This document shows, piece after piece, positions 60,371 through 64,000 of a DNA stretch of 64,000 bases (position 1 is its first letter; each line of letters opens with the position of its first letter). Source of the DNA: an uncultured Planctomycetota bacterium (lineage in GTDB: Bacteria; Planctomycetota; Planctomycetia; Pirellulales; Thermoguttaceae); assembly GCA_963733145.1 (NCBI GenBank), contig CAVTCJ010000003.1, positions 222,896 through 286,895 on the forward strand, given 5' to 3'. Position numbers and translations under genes: made by a program. The notes beneath the pieces were generated by a model. It did not search any database, was not told the DNA's origin, and saw nothing but the letters and a program-made list of their open reading frames with translations.

Positions 60371-61369
60371 ATGTGTGCGATGAAGACTTCAACAGACGAT
60401 ATTGCCCAGCGCGATATAGATTTGGACGACCCATTGGATGCGGCGAGCGATGTGGCCGTGGTGTCTGCAACAGCCGAACCCTGCCCCCTTCTAACGCCCG
60501 TTGCATTGGCTTCGTTTCCAACAGAGCGATGGTCGCATGGCCTTGACTGGACGACCATCGTTTGGATCGGAGTGGTCCACATCGGCGCCTTGGCGGCGCC
60601 ATTCGTATTCACTTGGCAGGGCCTATTGCTATTCCTTGTTCTGTCGTGGATGACCGGCGGGTTGGGGGTGTGCTTGGGCTACCATCGGCTGCTGGCTCAC
60701 GACAGCTTCCAGACGTATCCGGTCGTGCGGGGCATTCTGGCGTTTCTCGGCGCTGTGGCAGGGCAAGGTCCACCCATCACCTGGATAGGCGTGCATCGCA
60801 AGCATCATCAGTACACTGACATGCCCGGCGACCCGCATTCGCCCCGTGAAGGCGCGTGGTGGAGCCACGTGCTCTGGCTCTTTCCTCGGCCGCGTGAACC
60901 ACAATGGACCAAGATGATTAGCCGCTATAGCAAAGACCTGTTGAAGGACCCATTCATGCGGCTGCTCGACAAGACCTATCTGGTTTGGCACCTGATCTTG
61001 GGCGCCGCTCTGCTTACCGCCGGTTGGCTTGGCTGGGGACTTTTCACCGGAATATCTCTTCTCGTCTACGGCATGTTCCTTCGGCTGGTGTGGGTTATGC
61101 ACATCACCTGGGCAGTCAATTCGGCGTCGCACATGTGGGGTTACCGGAATTACGACACGCCCGACGACAGTCGTAACCTGTGGTGGGTCGGACTGCTGGC
61201 CTACGGCGAAGGCTGGCACAACAACCACCACGCCTTCTCCAACTGCGCCCGGCATGGCCACCGCTGGTGGGAAGTCGACATGACCTATATGATCATCTGG
61301 GTCATGGAGAAGTTCGGTCTGGCCTGGAACATCGTGCGCCGGCGGCAGGCAAACTGGATGCCGTCCTGA
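60371..61369 (+). CDS. membrane fatty-acid (acyl-CoA/acyl-lipid delta9-type) desaturase
   Basis: Three His boxes HRLLAH, HRKHH, HNNHH; 4 TM helices. Confidence 0.9.
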   Translation: MCAMKTSTDDIAQRDIDLDDPLDAASDVAVVSATAEPCPLLTPVALASFPTERWSHGLDWTTIVWIGVVHIGALAAPFVFTWQGLLLFLVLSWMTGGLGVCLGYHRLLAHDSFQTYPVVRGILAFLGAVAGQGPPITWIGVHRKHHQYTDMPGDPHSPREGAWWSHVLWLFPRPREPQWTKMISRYSKDLLKDPFMRLLDKTYLVWHLILGAALLTAGWLGWGLFTGISLLVYGMFLRLVWVMHITWAVNSASHMWGYRNYDTPDDSRNLWWVGLLAYGEGWHNNHHAFSNCARHGHRWWEVDMTYMIIWVMEKFGLAWNIVRRRQANWMPS

Positions 61370-61523
61370 TCGCCGCAGGCAGTTTTTTCGAGCCAAGCGG
61401 CTGTCCGAGAATAAGTGGTAGTGCAGACGCTGGCGCCCGCACGGTGCAGCCGGGACGGTCGCACCCCAGAAGTCCCAACTTATTCTTGGACAGCCGCTGA
61501 ACACGTCCGCCTAGGTTGTCGGA

Positions 61524-61853
61524 TTAGGCGACATCGGAGAGGGGTAGATCGGGTAGGACCTGCAGATTGTCCGCGTCGGCGACGAATTCGATTCTTTCAA
61601 TCCTACGCTCCTTGAGTATCGACAGCAGCGCCATTCGACGTTCCCGCTCGTTGCCATTCATGATGCCGCAGACCTGCTGGTCGGTGACGGTCCAGCCGTG
61701 CTGCTCCCACTTCCACTTCGAGCATCCGCTCAAATACGTGTTCGGCAACCGCAGAACCCCCTGCATGTTCGGGTGTTCGCTCTGCAGCCGATCGATTTCC
61801 GCATTGAGACGTTCCAATTGTTCGTGCGGTGTCATTATTCCCTCTCTCATCAT
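61524..61853 (-). CDS. hypothetical protein
   Basis: MTPHEQLERLNAEIDRLQSEHPNMQG... with no recognised domain; downstream of the csp/RRM pair. Confidence 0.4.
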   Translation of the reverse strand: MMREGIMTPHEQLERLNAEIDRLQSEHPNMQGVLRLPNTYLSGCSKWKWEQHGWTVTDQQVCGIMNGNERERRMALLSILKERRIERIEFVADADNLQVLPDLPLSDVA

Positions 61854-61913
61854 GGCAAACTCATGACGGCTACGGCCATGCGGAAGCCGTCGACCAGTCC
61901 CGCTCCTGCCTCG

Positions 61914-62160
61914 GTCAGCCGGTGTTGGATGACGCGTTGTGGACCGCGATCGACTGGCCGCGGAATCGGCAGTGGTTTAGCTGTCGGATGGCGGTGGCCG
62001 CCTCCATGTCGTCGGCCATTCCCACCAGGGAAAAAGCCGCGCGGATCACCCGTCTCGTCATCCCCGACGATGTCTATATTCAACGCCTTGCCGTAAACGA
62101 CGAACGCACGGCGGAGGTCACTGGCGGTGGCACTATGCGGCGAGTTGCCCATGTAGAGCC
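61914..62160 (-). CDS. RRM-type RNA-binding protein, frameshift inside the RNP1 motif
   Basis: RLYMGNSPHSATASDLRRAFVVYGKALNIDIVGDDETGDPRGF (RNP2 + start of RNP1), then the adjacent frame gives MADDMEAATAIRQLNHCRFRGQSIAVHNA. Confidence 0.55.
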
Positions 62161-62194
62161 TGGCCGTGGTACACTCCTGCGGTGAGCGGCGGTG

Positions 62195-62392
62195 TCACGC
62201 CAGCTTGACGTTCTCGGCGCGAGGTCCCTTGGGGCCGCGTCCTTCTTCGTAACTGACCCGCTGCCCGATCTGCAGCGATTCGATGCTCGTGCCTTCCACG
62301 GCACTGTGGTGAAAGAACAAGTCGCCTCGCTCTCCTTCAATGAATCCAAACCCCTTGTCCGCGATTACCTTCTTGATCGTCCCTTGTGACAT
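62195..62392 (-). CDS. cold-shock protein (CspA family)
   Basis: MSQGTIKKVIADKGFGFIEGERGDLFFHHSAV with RNP1/RNP2 of the cold-shock domain; long 5' UTR region upstream. Confidence 0.9.
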   Translation of the reverse strand: MSQGTIKKVIADKGFGFIEGERGDLFFHHSAVEGTSIESLQIGQRVSYEEGRGPKGPRAENVKLA

Positions 62393-63147
62393 ACTGCCAC
62401 TCCTTAAGAAAATGTGAAAAATGCGCACCGGCCACGGCCACTTCACTCAGGGCCCTTTCCCGTCAAGGAAGACCGCGGGAAAACAGGATAGCGAGAAAAT
62501 CAGCCGCAACCAGAGAGTGACACCCTTCAGAGAAGGTCGTCGGCAAGCGAATCGCAGGGTGACCTGAATGAGAGGGCTCCGAAAAGAGCCAGGGCTCACA
62601 TCGCTTCTCACCACTCTATCGCCATTCTATCACACTAGCTGAGCAAAAGGAAGGGCACCGACGAAACGTGGCTATTTCGTCTCGGTTGCCCCCCGCTTGG
62701 CAACTTCTCGGCAGCGAGTACATCTTGGATCGACTGTCCGTGCCGAAGATACCAGCGGAGAAATGCTCCTTTGGCATCGGGATGCTGGCAGCCCATTGGC
62801 AGCAGTGAATCTGGCGCTCCGACCGTACCGATCAGCATGTCATCAACTCTTGGTTTGCCGGGCCGCCTTTCTGGCCTTCCCCCTCTGGCGATGTCCTGCC
62901 GTCCCGAAATCCTCCCCAGCACCGTTTGACGGAACCGCAAAAGTCGTTCCGAAAAAGGGGTCCATTGATGGAACGTCTCGAAATACGGATGAGATTGCGA
63001 GACGATGCCCAACGACCGCATAACCAGTTTTGAGGCGTATCCGAAAAATCCGTGTTCATGCGTTTGCTATACGGCGGTAGCACGCAAGTTACTCTACTCA
63101 ACCATCCTTCCTGATGAAACAATTATGTTTTCCCATTTTATTTCTCC

Positions 63148-63741
63148 TTAAGCTCCAACAGTGCCTGTCTTGACTTTTCCAGCCCGCTTGTAATTAGCCA
63201 TAATCAAACCGCTTGGTGTAACAGTACTTTCCACCAATGTAAAGGCTGCTGGTATTGTGCCATCCTGAAACAACTTTTTCCCGGTGCCAAGAGTCAGTGG
63301 GTAAGTGTTGAGCCAGAGTTCATCCACTAAATCATGTTTCAGTAGTAACTGGATAAGCTTGCTACTTCCCCAAACTTTGATGCCAGAACCTGCCCCCTTT
63401 TTGAGGTTTTTGATATCAGCCAAACTTTTTAGGAAAATAGTATTTTCCCAATCCGAGGTTGCTCTTGTGTTAGACAAGACGTATTTGGTGACATCATTGA
63501 TGCCTGGCCAGCCGGCTGCATGTTCTGGCCAATAGCCCTCAAAAATATCAAAGGTTTTCCTGCCAAGTAGAAGATCAGCCGCTTTCATCTGTTTTTTCCA
63601 GACCTTGCCAGAAGCATCGTCTGCATAAGGCGCAGTCCAGCCGCCATATTTGAAACCTTCTGAGGCGTCTTCCTTGGATCCACCGGGTGCTTGCATTATT
63701 CCATCCAGTGTAATCATTGATATTACGACTATTTTTCTCAT
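63148..63741 (-). CDS. dihydrofolate-reductase-like protein (RibD C-terminal domain family)
   Basis: MRKIVVISMITLDGIMQAPGG...; sits in a locally AT-rich segment (63100-63900). Confidence 0.8.
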   Translation of the reverse strand: MRKIVVISMITLDGIMQAPGGSKEDASEGFKYGGWTAPYADDASGKVWKKQMKAADLLLGRKTFDIFEGYWPEHAAGWPGINDVTKYVLSNTRATSDWENTIFLKSLADIKNLKKGAGSGIKVWGSSKLIQLLLKHDLVDELWLNTYPLTLGTGKKLFQDGTIPAAFTLVESTVTPSGLIMANYKRAGKVKTGTVGA

Positions 63742-64000
63742 ATATATCTACTTCCCGGTTAATCTCTGCAATTTTTGATTTCAATTTCTTCGGATGTTGA
63801 TTTTCAATTCCGTCCGCATAACGGCCAAAATCACGGGGTTGCGGCGAAAGACCCGACCATAAGGAAATGCCCGACCCGCAACTCCCGCGCATTTCATTGG
63901 TTATGCCGCAGTAGTGGCAGGCGTCCGCCGATCATTGGTGCGATTGGGCGTTAGCAATGTTTCGGTCGATTGCATCGCGAAGGGACCGAAGAAATGAAAC

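Noticed and set aside
62635-63021. 128-aa minus-strand ORF upstream of csp
   Set aside because: Falls in the expected long 5' UTR of the cold-shock gene; no domain signal; overlapping plus-strand ORF equally unconvincing.

Overview
High-GC (roughly 60-65%) bacterial chromosomal segment. The gene content (TPR lipoproteins, DUF1598-type secreted protein, 23S-IVS four-helix-bundle gene, PMT-family glycosyltransferase) suggests a Planctomycetota-like genome. Core content: rpmI-rplT-pheS (minus strand); a MacB-type ABC ATPase + FtsX permease pair; TPR proteins; a hut operon (hutI, hutU, hutH) with a Fic/VbhA-like toxin-antitoxin pair inserted between hutI and hutU; a GNAT-histone-deacetylase fusion; an NAD/ADP-ribose gene cluster broken by a defective IS4-family element; a complete sigma54/RtcR-controlled rtc RNA-repair locus (rtcR | 700-nt leader with two tRNA-like modules | SPFH protein | rtcB | rtcA). 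From about 37 kb to 48 kb lies a decayed island bounded by an IS3 remnant and an integrase pseudogene. It carries an expanded Pnkp/Hen1 RNA-repair module: hen1, a PcfJ-like protein, a Zn-ribbon protein, two tandem PF10127/COG3541 nucleotidyltransferases, pnkp, an HD hydrolase. The right part holds housekeeping genes: SurA-like PPIase, YfcH epimerase, carbamoyltransferase, ABC-F ATPase, a Rieske/FNR/desaturase trio, and csp + RRM proteins. The window is rich in short repeats: two REP-like palindrome families, MITEs sharing inverted repeats with IS remnants, and G-rich and GA-rich repeats inserted in frame into coding sequences, including pheS. Most notable caveat: at least 25 apparent frameshifts or lost stops across many otherwise well-conserved genes. 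This points either to uncorrected indel errors (long-read-type assembly) or to unusually heavy pseudogenisation. All CDS boundaries of frameshifted genes are approximate.
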